Shown: positions 24,934 to 37,463 of the stretch, piece after piece
How the letters are laid out: every line of letters begins with the position of its first letter
Position numbering within the stretch: position 1 is the stretch's first letter
Assembly (NCBI GenBank): GCA_951406725.2
Contig: OX597821.1
Coordinates: forward strand, 25,916,001 to 25,980,000
Direction: 5' to 3'
Source of the DNA: Octopus vulgaris
Taxonomy: Eukaryota
DNA: 64,000 bases
The notes under the pieces: generated by a model
Databases searched by the model: none
Told to the model about the DNA's origin: nothing
The model's input: only the letters and a program-made list of their open reading frames with translations
Position numbers and translations under genes: made by a program

Positions 24934-25325
24934 TGTTGCAGTTACTGTTTATAACTCGCTCTAAGATTTATTATAGCTTGTTTACACTTTTTCGATATCA
25001 GTGTCTTTACGATACTGGAAAAAGTATATGTATTTGTGAAGGAAGCCTACTTTTCATCGACAACTGTGATTGTCACACGCCGATGACGGGTCAATACCCA
25101 GAAACTCGAGTCCGTGTGTATCATAAGCTGGAGACGGGAAGGATGGCTTCCCTTTGCAAATACTGATAGGGCACAGAAAGTGTGTCTATAGCCAGCTGGA
25201 GGAGGTGTCCTCCTGGGGCTACAAACTACAGTAGCATCCACCCTTAGGGGTTAGCCATATTTAAATGGCAAATATATGTCACGATGTGTTGCAGTTACTG
25301 TTTATAACTTGCTCTAAGATTTATT
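24934..25325 (+). mobile_element. Terminally redundant 392-bp element with hammerhead ribozyme (retrozyme-like or Penelope pseudo-LTR-like)
   Basis: 39-bp direct repeat tgttgcagttactgtttataact(c/t)gctctaagatttatt at 24934-24972 and 25287-25325 (period 353), with an internal hammerhead motif. Confidence 0.65.
25074..25118 (+). ncRNA. Type I minimal hammerhead ribozyme motif, variant core
   Basis: Stem I cacacg/cgtgtg; core CCGAUGA; stem II gggt-caat-accc; GAAA; stem III with palindromic CUCGAG; GUC triplet ending at 25112. Confidence 0.75.
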
Positions 25326-27131
25326 TTTAAAAAATAGTTATATTTGATATTGTTGTAAGGAATAACTTGAAAGAAAACCATTTTAAATTTATTATTACCT
25401 ATTTAGCTCTTATCATGTCTTAATGCCCTGTCTTACAATGGAAGGACTGAGGAGTCACCATTGCTGGGTTGTGGTTAAGGCATCAGATGGTTTTGATCTG
25501 GCCTCGATTATAGCTTCTGATACTAACTTTTATAGCCCCTAATACTATGTTTTATATCCTGCATTACTATCAACCCTTTAGTGTTGGCATTATTCTGCCA
25601 AAATTAATGCTTTTTTATCCACATTGTTTTGAACTAATCAGGCATTATCTTGGAGCTATGAGATTTTGATGAGGTAGCTGTTAATTTTGAAAACAATATT
25701 GTAGGGTTGGTGTAAGAGGCCAGATCTGGCCAGTTTGAACATAAAACAGGCAGAATACTTCTGGCCGGATATGGCCGGTTTAAATGCTAAAGGTTTAAAG
25801 CCCACAATACTATGTAGTATAGATTCCAGTACTATTATGACTACATTACTACGTGCCATAGCCTCCAGTACTAAATATTATAGCCACCTATACTAAATAT
25901 TAATGCTTTCGGACCTATTATTGCCTCCACTATCACATCCTCAAATACTGACAGTTACATCTAATGCTAACTATTACATTCTCTAATACTAACCACATAG
26001 CTCCCCCAGTACTATTATAACCTTCACCACAAACAATTGCATCCTCCACCACTAACTGTTATAATCAACACTACAAACTATTACACCCTCCAATACTAAC
26101 TATTACAACATCCAATAGTAACTATTACAATCTTCAATACTTTTGCATCCTCCAATTTTATCTATTATAACCTTCACTACTTAATATTATATCTTCCAAT
26201 ACTAACTATTACATCCTCCACAATAATTAGTCTCCAATGGTATATAACATCCAGTTCTAACCATTATAATCTATACTAACTACTGTATAGTACTTGACCT
26301 TCTAAGAATAGCAATGTTCTACTGTTTCTTAGAAGAAGGGAAGGACACATTAGAGGATGTCGTCTGAGATATACTGTAGCAGTAAAGAAAGAATAATAAT
26401 GTTTAGGACGCATTTCATCCACAGATTTATTAGTACTAAGCAGAGTTAAACTGAAAATTTAGAAAAAAAAGATAAAAAAAGAAAAAGCTAAAAGAAAAAT
26501 CAATTAAAAGCAATTTGAGAAAGAGGATGCATAAGATTTCTGAAGGTATGAGATGTGATTGAAATTAACACCTGTGATAATCTTCAACTGATGACCTACC
26601 TGTCAAATAGTGGTGAAAAGTGAGCAGGAAAAAAATGGAAGACAGATGGTTGCTTGTTTTGCATTTGTGTTTAGTATCCAGTGAACAAATTTGACATGAA
26701 GACGACAGGGAAGTTGTGTAGCAGTTGGAGAAGGATGTAGAATGTGCTGAATATAATCTGTTGGATGATGGACAGCATTACATGTTCAGGTTGAGTAAAG
26801 TAGGCATCTGTGATGTTTATACAGTGGTATCCAACTGTGATATTGCATACAGTGATATCCATCTGTGGGATTGTATATTGTAACATATGTGATATTGTTA
26901 TACAGTGATATCTTTGATATTGTATGGAGTAACATATGTGTGATATTCTATAGAGGAACATCTGTGTGATACTATATACAGTGACATCTGTGATATTGTA
27001 TACAGTGATATCTCTAATTCTGTAATACTGAATAAAGTGATCTATGTGATATCATATACAGACATACACCTCTGATGTTATATACAGAGACATACATCTG
27101 TAATATTGTATACAGTGAAATCTGTGATATA

Positions 27132-28417
27132 TTGAGTCATCCCATAAATAATGCAGTTTTTTCAATTGCATGAACTAAAAGTTGGAAGGGAACAAGATAA
27201 ACTACCTGCATCAACTTGCTATAAAAGCAGGTAGTAATTTTACCATGTACTTATTCTTAGTGCAAGTTTTGAAGAGTGCAGTTCAATTTTAACAGTTATT
27301 TTTTCAAAGCTATAATGGAAGTGACAAAGGAACATATTTGGCATATTTTGCTTTATGAATTCAATAAAGGCAATGGAAAATAAGAAGAATATTAATGCTA
27401 TTAATGCAGTATATGGGGATTGGACAATAAGTGTAAGCCAGTGTCAATGGTGGTTCCAGAAATTCCAAGCCAAAAGCTAGAGCCTAGAAGTTGAGCCTCA
27501 TCCTGGAAAATCTGTAGAGCTCGACAAGGACATCCTGCAAACCCTGGTGGGACAAAATTCCATTGAAACTGTTGGGGAACTAGCAGAAAAGCTTGGATTT
27601 GGTCATTCAACCATTCATCAACACCTGTGTGCCATCAGAAAAGTCAGCAAATTGGGTCAATGGGTTCCGCACAAACTTTCCGAGTTTAATTTTGCACAGA
27701 GAGTGAATGTGTGTTCTTCTTTGCTTTCACATCTCACAAATAAACCTTTTTTGGACCGAATTGTGACTGATGATAAGAAATGGGTCCTCTATAAAAATGT
27801 CTAGTGCCAAAGACAGTGGATAGAGAAAGGAGAAACACTGGCACCCCAGGCTAAAGAAGGTCTTCACACATGTAAAGTGTTGTTATCTGTTTGGTGGAAT
27901 ATAAAAGGTTTAGTCCACTTAGAACTTTTAAACCTAAATCAAACAATAACAAAGGAAATCTACTGCGAGCAGCTTGAGTGGCTTAAGTCAGCGCAAGAAG
28001 AAAAAGGACCATCTTTGGTTTCAAAATGAAGGGTGTTCTTCCATCAGGATAATGCTTGGTCACATATAGCGAGGATGACATTCCAAAGGCTGGAGCAATT
28101 TGAATGGGAAACGATGCCCCACCCACCATATTCACCAGACATTGCCCCATCTGATTATCATTTATTCCAGTCTTCAAAATCATTTGGATGGAAAAAATAT
28201 GAATTCTGTAGACGAGGTCAGAACAGTATGGGAGGAGTATTTTTCATCACAGACAAGTGAATACTGGAAGAGGGGCCTTGCAAGTCTACCAGATAAGATG
28301 GAAGAGTGTTGTAGAAAATGAAGGAGAGTATATTTTAGATTAAAAAAGAACTTTATCTTAATTTTGAAAAATAAAAGAAGTATAAAAAAAACCTACATTA
28401 TTTATGGGATGACCCAA
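27132..28417 (+). mobile_element. Full-length (1286 bp) inactivated mariner transposon
   Basis: TA|ttgagtcatcccataaataatg ... cattatttatgggatgacccaa|TA. Transposase pseudogene at about 27315-28343 with WVPHKL, IVTDDKKW, HQDNA and HPPYSPDIAPSDYHLF, plus stops and frameshifts. Confidence 0.95.
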
Positions 28418-28815
28418 TACATATATCTCTGATGTTATATACAAAGACATACATCTGTGATATTGTATACAAGGATATCTGTGATACTGTATATAATAAC
28501 ATCTGTGATATTGTATACTGTAATAATATAGGGGCATATAATGTGAATGGATGATGCATACTGGGTGACAAAAGTGGATTGAGATGTTGATAGACAGTTA
28601 CCTGCAGTAAAGTTCATTGTTTAGCTTCAGGTCAGCCTCGATTGAGAAGATAGAGCTATGAGAAAAAGCATTCCAGCCATGACCAACCAGTTTTTTTCTC
28701 AGGTAGTGTGCATCCAAGACCATGCTATCCAATGTGTCCTTCTCTCTTCAAGATGGAGAAGTTTGACATGTTGGGAAATTCAGTCGCTATCTTCGGCAGG
28801 TAAAGTGACCATATA

Positions 28816-28987
28816 GGCGCAGGAGTGGCTGTGTGGTAAGTGGCTTGGTTACCAACCACATGGTTCCAGGTTCAGTCCCACTGCGTGGCACCTTGGGCTA
28901 GTGTCTTCTACTATAGCCTCGGACCGACCAAAGCCTTGTGAATGGATTTGGTAGACAGAAACTGAAAAGAAGCCTGTCGTATATATG

Positions 28988-29024
<37 letters not shown>

Positions 29025-29238
29025 TTGTGTATCTGTGGTTGTTCCCCCCACCCAACATTGCTTGACAACTGATGCTGGTGTGTTTACGTCCCTGTAACTT
29101 AGCGGTTCGGCAAAAGAGACCGATATAATAAGTACTGGGCTTACAAAGAATAAGTCCTGGGGTCGATATGCTCGACTAAAGGCGGTGCTCCAGCATGTCT
29201 GCAGTCAAATGACTGAAACAAGTAAAAGAGTAAAAGAA
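28816..29238 (+). mobile_element. Family-A SINE, full length
   Basis: Runs from aggcgcaggagtggctgtgtgg to gactgaaacaagtaaaagagtaaaaga. Confidence 0.9.
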
Positions 29239-29547
29239 TACTAAAATTCCATTGTTGTCTCATAGTATAGAGTTCTTAGAGGTTGAACTAAAGGCCTGAA
29301 GGGTTTCATGGACAGAATAGCGTGGTGATGAGGAGACTGGTATTGGTGATGAAGATGAAGATGGTGATGTTAATGATGATGATGCCTTTGAAGTTTAAAA
29401 TATTTGAGCGTTAAAGCTAATAATAGAATAAGAGTTCTGAGGGAAAGTTTTGGTATCCTCTGTCTTTTGTTTTTATCTTTTACTTGTTTCAATCATTGGA
29501 CTGTGGCCATGTTGGGGCACTGCCTTGAAGGGTTTAGTTGAACAAAT

Positions 29548-29850
29548 CATCATCATCATATCATCATCATCGTTTAACGTCCGCTTTCCATGCTAGCATG
29601 GGTTGGACGGTTTGACTGAGGACTGGCGAACTAGATGGCTGCACCAGACTCCAATCTTGATCTGGCAGAGTTTCTACAGCTGGATGCCCTTCCTAACGCC
29701 AACCACTCCGAGAGTGTAGTGGGTGCTTTTACGTGCCACCAGCACAAGGGCCAGTCAGGCGGTACTGGCAACGGCCACGCTCAAATGGTGTTTTTTATGT
29801 GCCACCTGCACAGGAGCCAGTCCAGCGGCACTGGCAACGACCTTGCCCGA
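29548..29850 (-). mobile_element. SINE or non-autonomous retroelement, family C, with (ATG)n tail
   Basis: catcatcatcgtttaacgtccgctttccatgctagcatgggttggacgg...ctacagctggatgcccttcctaacgcc. Copies at about 19270-19740, 31400-31600, 38015-38390, 44163-44590, 50850-51145 and 55080-55370. Confidence 0.8.
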
Positions 29851-31742
29851 ATATATATATAGATAGATATATATAAAGCATGACTTATTCACAACTGGAA
29901 GTGTTTGTAAACCAAGGTACTACTGTATCAATCCCAGTATTTTATTTTTAAGCTTGGTACTTATTATATGGATGAGTTTTGCCAAATCACTAAGTTATGG
30001 GAATATAAAAAGACAACCCTGGTTGTCAAGTGGTGGTGGTGGGATAAACACACACACACACACACACACACAACAGCCTTCTTTTAGTTTCTGTCTATCA
30101 TATCCACTCACAAAACTTTGGTCAACTTGGGTCTATAGTAGAAAGACTTGCCTAAAGTGCTGTATAGTGGGACTGAACCCCTAGCTCACATGGTTGGGAA
30201 CCAAGCTTATTAATCACACAACCATGACTGCTTTAGCTTTTGATGAGTGTTAGGAAGGGCATCCAGCTATAAAAACTGTGCCAAAACAGACACAAGTCTG
30301 GTGCAGGCTCATGCCTAGCCAGCTCCTGTCAAACCATCCTATCCATGCCAGCGTGGAAGGCGGACATTAAATGATGATGATGAGGAGGAGGAGGATATTG
30401 GTTTCAGATTTGGGGCTTAAGGCCAGCAATTTCTGGGCAGTGGGTAAATTGATTAAATTGACTCGAGTGCTCAACTGGTACATATTTTATCAACCCAGAA
30501 AGAATAAAAGGCAAAGTTGACCTTGTTGTAATTTGAACTCAGAACGTGAAGGCAGATGAAATGCTGCTGAGCATGTTTGCCTGGCATGCTAATGATTCCG
30601 CTAACTTGGCACCTTGAGTGACGAGATAATATTGGTAGTTTATTGTGTGGTGTATGTAATAGGAGACGGGTACAGAATGAGAGAACCCTTTTGATTTGGG
30701 TATAAACAGCATAAACATGAAGTGTCAATTCAGGCAGCAAGGGTGCTACATGTGACAGGCGGACCTTTAACTCTCCATTAGAGGTTCACTTCAGATTAGC
30801 CAATTACAATTGAAGCCATTTAATCAAGAAGGTTTTTCCATCCTTTCACAAATGATGGCTGTGAAACCTTTAACTTCCAATTAGGATTTCAACACCTTAT
30901 TGTCTGCCATCCATATCAGTGTGGTGCTACATTCATTATGTGACTGTAAGGGAACTTCAGCTGTTTGTTTAGGATAATTGATGCCTATCTATAGAGGAAT
31001 ACATTGACTTAATGGTCCAATCAGTCTCAGATGTCCAGTCATTAAGTGAGAGGCTAATTCAGTTAGAAATAATGTTATTAATGGTGGTTACGTACTCATT
31101 CATGATATTTGACATGAAAATTTTTTTTTTTTATTAAATGTTATCTAGGGAGCTGTAAAAGCAATGATTTAAGGAAATCATAAAAAAATTATAAGCAATC
31201 AACAAACAATGCGCACAAGTGTGGATGTGTGGTAACAAGTTTGCTTCCCAACTACATGGTCTCGGGTTCAGTCCCCTGTTTGGCACTTTGGAAAAGTGTT
31301 TCTGCTATGGCCTCAGGCCAAGTCAATCCTTGTGAGTGGATTTGGTTAACAGAAACTGAAAGACTATCATATGCGTGTGTGTGTGTGTGTGTGTGTGTAC
31401 CTCATCATCATCATCATCATCACCATCATCATTTAACATCCGTTTTCCATGCTGGCATGGGTTGGACAGTTTGACAAGAGCTGACCGGCTGAAGGGCTGT
31501 TCAGGCTCCATGTCTGTTTTGACATGGTTTCTATGGCTGTATGCCCTTCATAACACCATCCATTTTACACAGTGTACTGGGTGCTTTTACACAGCACCAT
31601 ATATATTTCTATATATAGTAGTTAATAAATCATATGATATACACCAGGTAGTTTGCTGGTAAAGCATGTTCACTGGTTCAGTGTTCATTGGATATGTAAT
31701 TAATGAGAGAGATGGAAGATGAAATATATGAGAATCTTTATC

Positions 31743-31850
31743 AATCACTACAATCATTTCGACCAATCTAGCACTGATCCCTCATGGGTGGGATACTGCA
31801 CAACTGGTTTAGGTGTAGTTCTCGGTGTAGATGTGTCTCCTCAGGGGATT
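31743..31850 (-). ncRNA. Degenerate type I hammerhead-like motif with long loop II
   Basis: Minus strand: aatccc-CUGAGGA-GACacatcta...tagattgGUC-GAAA-ugauu-GUA-gtgatt. Confidence 0.5.
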
Positions 31851-32017
31851 TCAAGAGGTATCGCATTAAAATAAATTCTGTTTCACACAACTTATTACTA
31901 CTGCAATGTTTACTTCATGGTCTTCGTAAATAGAAACGGCAAGTTGATGGATGCTGCTTCATTCTTATAGAAGATCAATGGCAAAGATCAGGTGCAAAAA
32001 GAAAAAACAAATACATT

Positions 32018-32477
32018 ATAAAGCAAAAAAAAAGTTATTACATATAACTGTTAGTAGACATGGATGTACAAACACTCACACACACACACACACGCATACA
32101 TGTATGTGTGTGTGTGTGTGTGATGTGTATATGTATGTGTACATTTATGTTTGTGTCTGTCCCACCCACCACCTGAAAACCAGTGTTGCTTTGTTTACAT
32201 CCTTGTAACTTAACAGTTCAGCGGAAGAGACCAATAGAATAAAGCAAAAAAAAGTTATTACATATAACTGTTAGTAGACATGGATATACAAACACCCACA
32301 TATACACACACACACACATACATGTATGTGTGTGTGTGTGTGTGCATGTGTGTGTGATGTGTATATGTATGTGTACATTTATGTTTGTGTCTGTCCCACC
32401 CACCACCTGAAAACCAGTGTTGCTTTGTTTACATCCTTGTAACATAACAGTTCAGCGAAAGAGACCAATAGAATAAG
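32018..32477. repeat. Local tandem duplication, period about 221 bp, including part of a SINE
   Basis: ataaagcaaaaaaaagttattacatataactgttagtagacatgga recurs at 32018 and 32239. Confidence 0.9.
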
Positions 32478-33182
32478 TGCTAGACTTTAAAACAAAGTAC
32501 CAGGATCGATTTGTTTGGATAAAGCCTTTTCAGGCAATTCCCCACCATGGCCGCTGTCCAGTGACTGAAACCTGTAAAAAATAGAATCCTAGACCTCTAT
32601 TATTTTATACATTACTCAATGTTTCTTTACTGCTCACCATGGGTTCATCTTTTGTTGTGGCTTTGTTGCTTATATTTGGTCAACATGCAGGAATCTCATT
32701 TTTTTTTTTTAATAAATACATGAAAAGTTCTTTGTTTCCGTTTCAATCTTTTTTCTTTACTTCAGAAATTTCACAATAACAAATCTGAAGCAACTTTTCA
32801 TTTTTTAAAAATTTGAAACTTGAACTTAAAAAGAAATCTTAATTACTTTTTGAAATAAGTAAACAGACTTCCTCAAGACCCCTGAGAGCAAAATGGTGGA
32901 CAGAATTTTCCATTGTTAGATCTTCTTCAACTTTTCCATAAAGCTGAATTAATTCAAAAGTTTTCAAATAAAAGAGTAACAGAGAAAATGTGAGAACTCT
33001 ATGCACACTCCACAACTGACAAACTAACTGAACAACTGAAAGAACAAACACTCAGAAACATGTTATTGAAGGGCTTTTTTTGGGGGGGGGGGGGGAATAA
33101 TCATCAATGTTTAGCATTGCTTTTAGATTAATCATTACAAATGTTTGGTATTTATTTTATGCAATCAACTATTAGGATTTGG

Positions 33183-33616
33183 GGTTCTTTTCAGTTTGAA
33201 CGGCAGTTTTTAACATAATTTCTAGGTAACTAAAAAATTTTAAACTCCGTATACTTGTAGAATGTGTTTATAAAACATCTTTTTCTCTTGGCTTTATTAA
33301 GAAAATTCTATAGTTTGTAAGATATTTATTGTTTTTTTTTCTTCAATTTCTTCAATTTCAACCAATCACTGCCGTCTATTGAGGTAAAAAGCATTCTGTT
33401 CCGTATGAATATGTCCCTTGTTTAAGAAACAGATTGGGTTTATTTACATTTGTGAAGGAAAAAAGATACCCTTCCCCCCACCCCTAACCCTAACCTTAAC
33501 TGACCCTAACCCTAAAACAGATTGAAATGCAATAGATCGATACTAGGGTCATAATTATGGGCGACAATTTCATATGACACCACTAGTAAAAACTGCCGTT
33601 CAAACCGAAAAGATCC
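33183..33616 (+). mobile_element. GG-terminated TTAGGG-containing MITE, copy 2
   Basis: Same sequence as 11926-12345, with 8-bp flanks ggatttgg/ggattttg and about 5 partly degenerate CCCTAA units. Confidence 0.9.
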
Positions 33617-36153
33617 GGATTTTGTTTTTTTATAATTTTTTATAAAATATCATTAATGCTGGAGATAGTCAAGGAGGAAATTGTTAAGTGATATATTTGC
33701 TGTATTAGGGGTTGGGATTTCAAATCCTATTGCATCTCAGACTGAAGTCAAATCTAAGTAGCTGGGCCCTCCTTTGAATCACAGTGGCAACAGTTGGGAT
33801 GTAGACATACTTTGGTTGCATAACAACTGACCCCAGATATTTTACAATCTTATTGTTTAACTTTTTATGTCAAGCTTTTGATCTCTTCAAGAAATATTTC
33901 ATATCAAGAGTTTTCCCATTGTACAAAATACTTGCAAAAGTCAACATATCATTGTTTGTTTTTATAGTAGGCATCCTCCTTTGGTCTTAAGAGACCATGG
34001 ATCTGCACCCGGAGAAATTCTGTCATCTGCTGATGATGGTACAGCATCTGCTGTGTCTGTAAACGCCCACATGGGAGTGGCAGTCACGCATATAGTGACC
34101 GTATTTGAAGGCATATAGCTCAGTGGTTAGAGCAGTGGGCTCACAATTATGAGGTAATGAGTTTGATTTCTGAACCAGGCTGTGTGTTGTGTTCTTGAGC
34201 AAGACACTTTATTTCACTTTGCTTTAGCTCACTCATCTGTAGAAACCAGTTACAATGTCACTAGAACCAAGCTGTATCTGCCTTTGCCTTTCCCTTGGAT
34301 AACATCGGTGGTGTGGAAAGGGGAGGCTGGTATGCATGGATGACTACTGGTCTTCCATAAACAATCTTGCCAGACTTGTGCCTCAGAGGGTGGTAACTTT
34401 CTAGGTGCAATCCCATGGGCATTCATGACCAAAGAGAGTCTTTTTTTTGTTCATGTTTACACCCAGTGCAATATATGCATGCATACTGTTGTTGATGACA
34501 AGGTATCTACTTTGTCGAGTAAAAATGACTATTTTCTTTTTGTGCTGTTATTAACATTTGACGTCCAACCCATGCTAGCATGGAGAACGGACGTTAAACA
34601 AACTTCAATTAAAATTGGCTTTCTGTCTTCTGTTTGTTTTCTGTGTATGAAAAATGTTATTTTGTACGTTTGAAGCTTTCTTTTGGGAGTGTGGCATGAA
34701 ATGTTGTTTGTCACTACCATTTTGTCTGTAAAGGTAGTATTCAAACTGTTTGAAGTTACCTGTATGTATGTATCTTTAAAACACTATTTCATTGAAGATA
34801 GACATGTCTACTTCATCAGTAGTGGAGATGATGATGATGATGATTAACATCTAAGAGATTACAAGCAGATTGAGGATGGTACAAGATGATATGATGTGGA
34901 GTTTAAATGAAGGCATGTAAATGATAAAATAACCACCCCCCAAAAAAAAGCAACAAAAAATAAAAACAGAAGCAAAAATCCAAACAAGAAAATTTCCCCA
35001 AAAAAGGTTGGGGAGATTTTCAAGGGCTACTCATGGAATCACCACTAAACAACAGTCTCCCTGGCTGCTCGAGCAAGTGCCCTTTTCTCATCCCCTACCT
35101 TCAATCTACAGGCTCATTCTTACAGCTGGGCCATGCACATGGAGCAGTAAAGTTTGCAGATCAGACCATCCAAAGCAGATGACTTACCTCCTGTGTGGCC
35201 AACCATCACTTCATGTATTTCTACGGCTATTTTGGGCTTTTCATAACATGCTGATTTTCTTGACAAGAGGTGTGGCAGGCCATCAAGGTAGGCACTGAAA
35301 TTTATTCTGTGATCTGGTTTTGCCACCTGTTTTGGACAGCTGAGTTAAGTGCTGCTGAAAAGCTGCAGACATCTTGGTTTCAAGTAACATGTGTCTATTA
35401 TGGCCCGTCAAAAACTGAATTGTTGTTTTGTTTCCACATTACACCTGTGCCACTTGGGCCCATCGAATGACTTTCATCCCTTTGTGTCTTTGAGCAGGTG
35501 CCTTAGCTTTAACAAGGCAGCCTTTGTGCTTTGCATTGAAGTGGTCAAGGGCTAATTTCATTGCTTGCATGTTAGTTGCTACACCTTTCTCGAGTGCCGC
35601 TTCTAAGTTTCTAACTAGGTTTTCCGAACATGCTGGTGTGGATAATGATTTCTTCTATTTCCCACTAAGGCAATGAATGAGGGGGACAATAACAAAAACA
35701 AAAAAAGTGTGAGGACTTACATTGAAAAATCAAATGAGAGACAGAGAAAAAAGAAACCATGAACTACAAGTATACTTAGTTTACAAATAACCCTTTCTAC
35801 TATTGGCACAAGGCCTGAAACTTGTGGGGAGTGGGGGCTAGACGATTATGTTGACCACAATACTCAACTGGTACTTATCTAATCAATCCTGAAAGGATGA
35901 AAGGCAAAAACAACCTTGATGGGATTTGAACTCAGAATGTAAAGATGGATGAAATACTGCTACGCATTTTGCCAGTCATACTAACGATTCTGCCAGTTCA
36001 CTGAAAGAATTTGATATAGTCCTTCTGACACCAGAGAAACTTAATTTAGGACCAGTTGAGCAGCTCCACAGAGCCAAGATCACCCCAGACACCAAGAGTA
36101 AGTACTCTCTCCAGCTGTCGTTCTGCAACTTGTAACCTCTCAAGTGTAACCTC

Positions 36154-36466
36154 TTGAAAGAGCTGTTCTTCACTCCTGCTCCAGAGCGTCGGCTGCGGGG
36201 TCATTCCGAAAAGCTCTATCTGCGACGATTTCATCTCAATCGAAGGAGAGGGGCTTTCTCTGTCCGGGTTGCGGATCCGTGGAATAAGCTGCCAGACGAG
36301 ATGGTGAAGATGCCGATGACTGCTCGGTTCAAAGTCTCCCTTGACCACAAGTGGCCTGAACTCTTTACATGAACACCACCCTGTACATAACTCCATGTCC
36401 CCCTACATGGCCTTGCTTTTTGCTTTTTGAGCCAAGAAATTAACTAACTAACTAACTAACTTAACT
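36154..36466 (+). mobile_element. 5'-truncated CR1-clade LINE 3' end with (AACT)n tail
   Basis: FFTPAPERRLRGHSEKLY...RRGAFSVRVADPWNKLP..V......FKVSLD is the typical CR1 ORF2 C-terminus. The frame is intact and CpG-rich, suggesting a young copy. Confidence 0.9.
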
Positions 36467-37049
36467 ACTTACACGTAGTGTTCCCATCAACTCTTGCCAG
36501 TTTCATCACTGTCACCCCTTTCAATAAATTCGAGGGCAATGCTATCCTCTCTCCTTCCTTTGCAAGTGAAACTTGAAAGAGTTGTCATGATGATCTTACC
36601 AAGGAAGAAAGTCACAGTCCTCAGGCCTTATAGCCAAGAATTAATTGTTTCTGATTTAGATGCTAGGCCAGTGGTTTGAGGGAAGGATTTCAATCAATAC
36701 CATCAACCTCACTACTAGACTAGTTCTTAATTTTATCAACCCCAGAAGTAGGAACAATAGGTAAGGCAAAGATTTGAATTCAGTAATAATAATAATAATG
36801 ATAACGGTTACAAATCTGGTGCAAGACCATCAATTTCGTGGGAGGACATAAGTTGATTACTTTGACTCCAGTGCGTAACTGGTACTTATTTTATTGACCC
36901 TGAAAGGATGAAAGGCAAAGTCAATCTCAGCAAAAATTTGAACTCAGAAGGACAGATGAAATGCTGCTAAACATTTAACCTGGTGTATGTATGGCTTCAA
37001 ATTTTGGCACAAGGCCAGCAATCTTAGGGGAGGAGTAAAGTTGATTTCT

Positions 37050-37463
37050 TTTTTTTTTATTTGTTTCAGTCATTTGACTGTGGCCATGCTGGAGCACCAC
37101 CTTTAGTTGAGCAAATTGACCCCGGGACTTATTCTTTGTAAGCCTAGTACTTATTCTATCAGTCTCACTTGCTGAACCGCTAAGTGACAGGGAGTAAACA
37201 CACCAGCATCGGTTGTCAAGCAATGTTGGGGGGGACAAACACAGACACACAAACATATGCATATACATATACGTGTATATATATATATATATATATATAC
37301 GATGGGCTTCTTTCAGTTTCCGTCTACCAAATCCACTCACTAGGCTTTGGTCGGCCCGAGGCTATAGTAGAGGACACTTGCTCAATGTGCCACACAGTGG
37401 GACTGAACCTGGAACCATGTGGTTGGTAAGCAAGCTACTTACCACACAGCCACTCCTGCACCT
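37050..37463 (-). mobile_element. Family-A SINE, full length
   Basis: Same structure as the other family-A copies. Confidence 0.9.
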
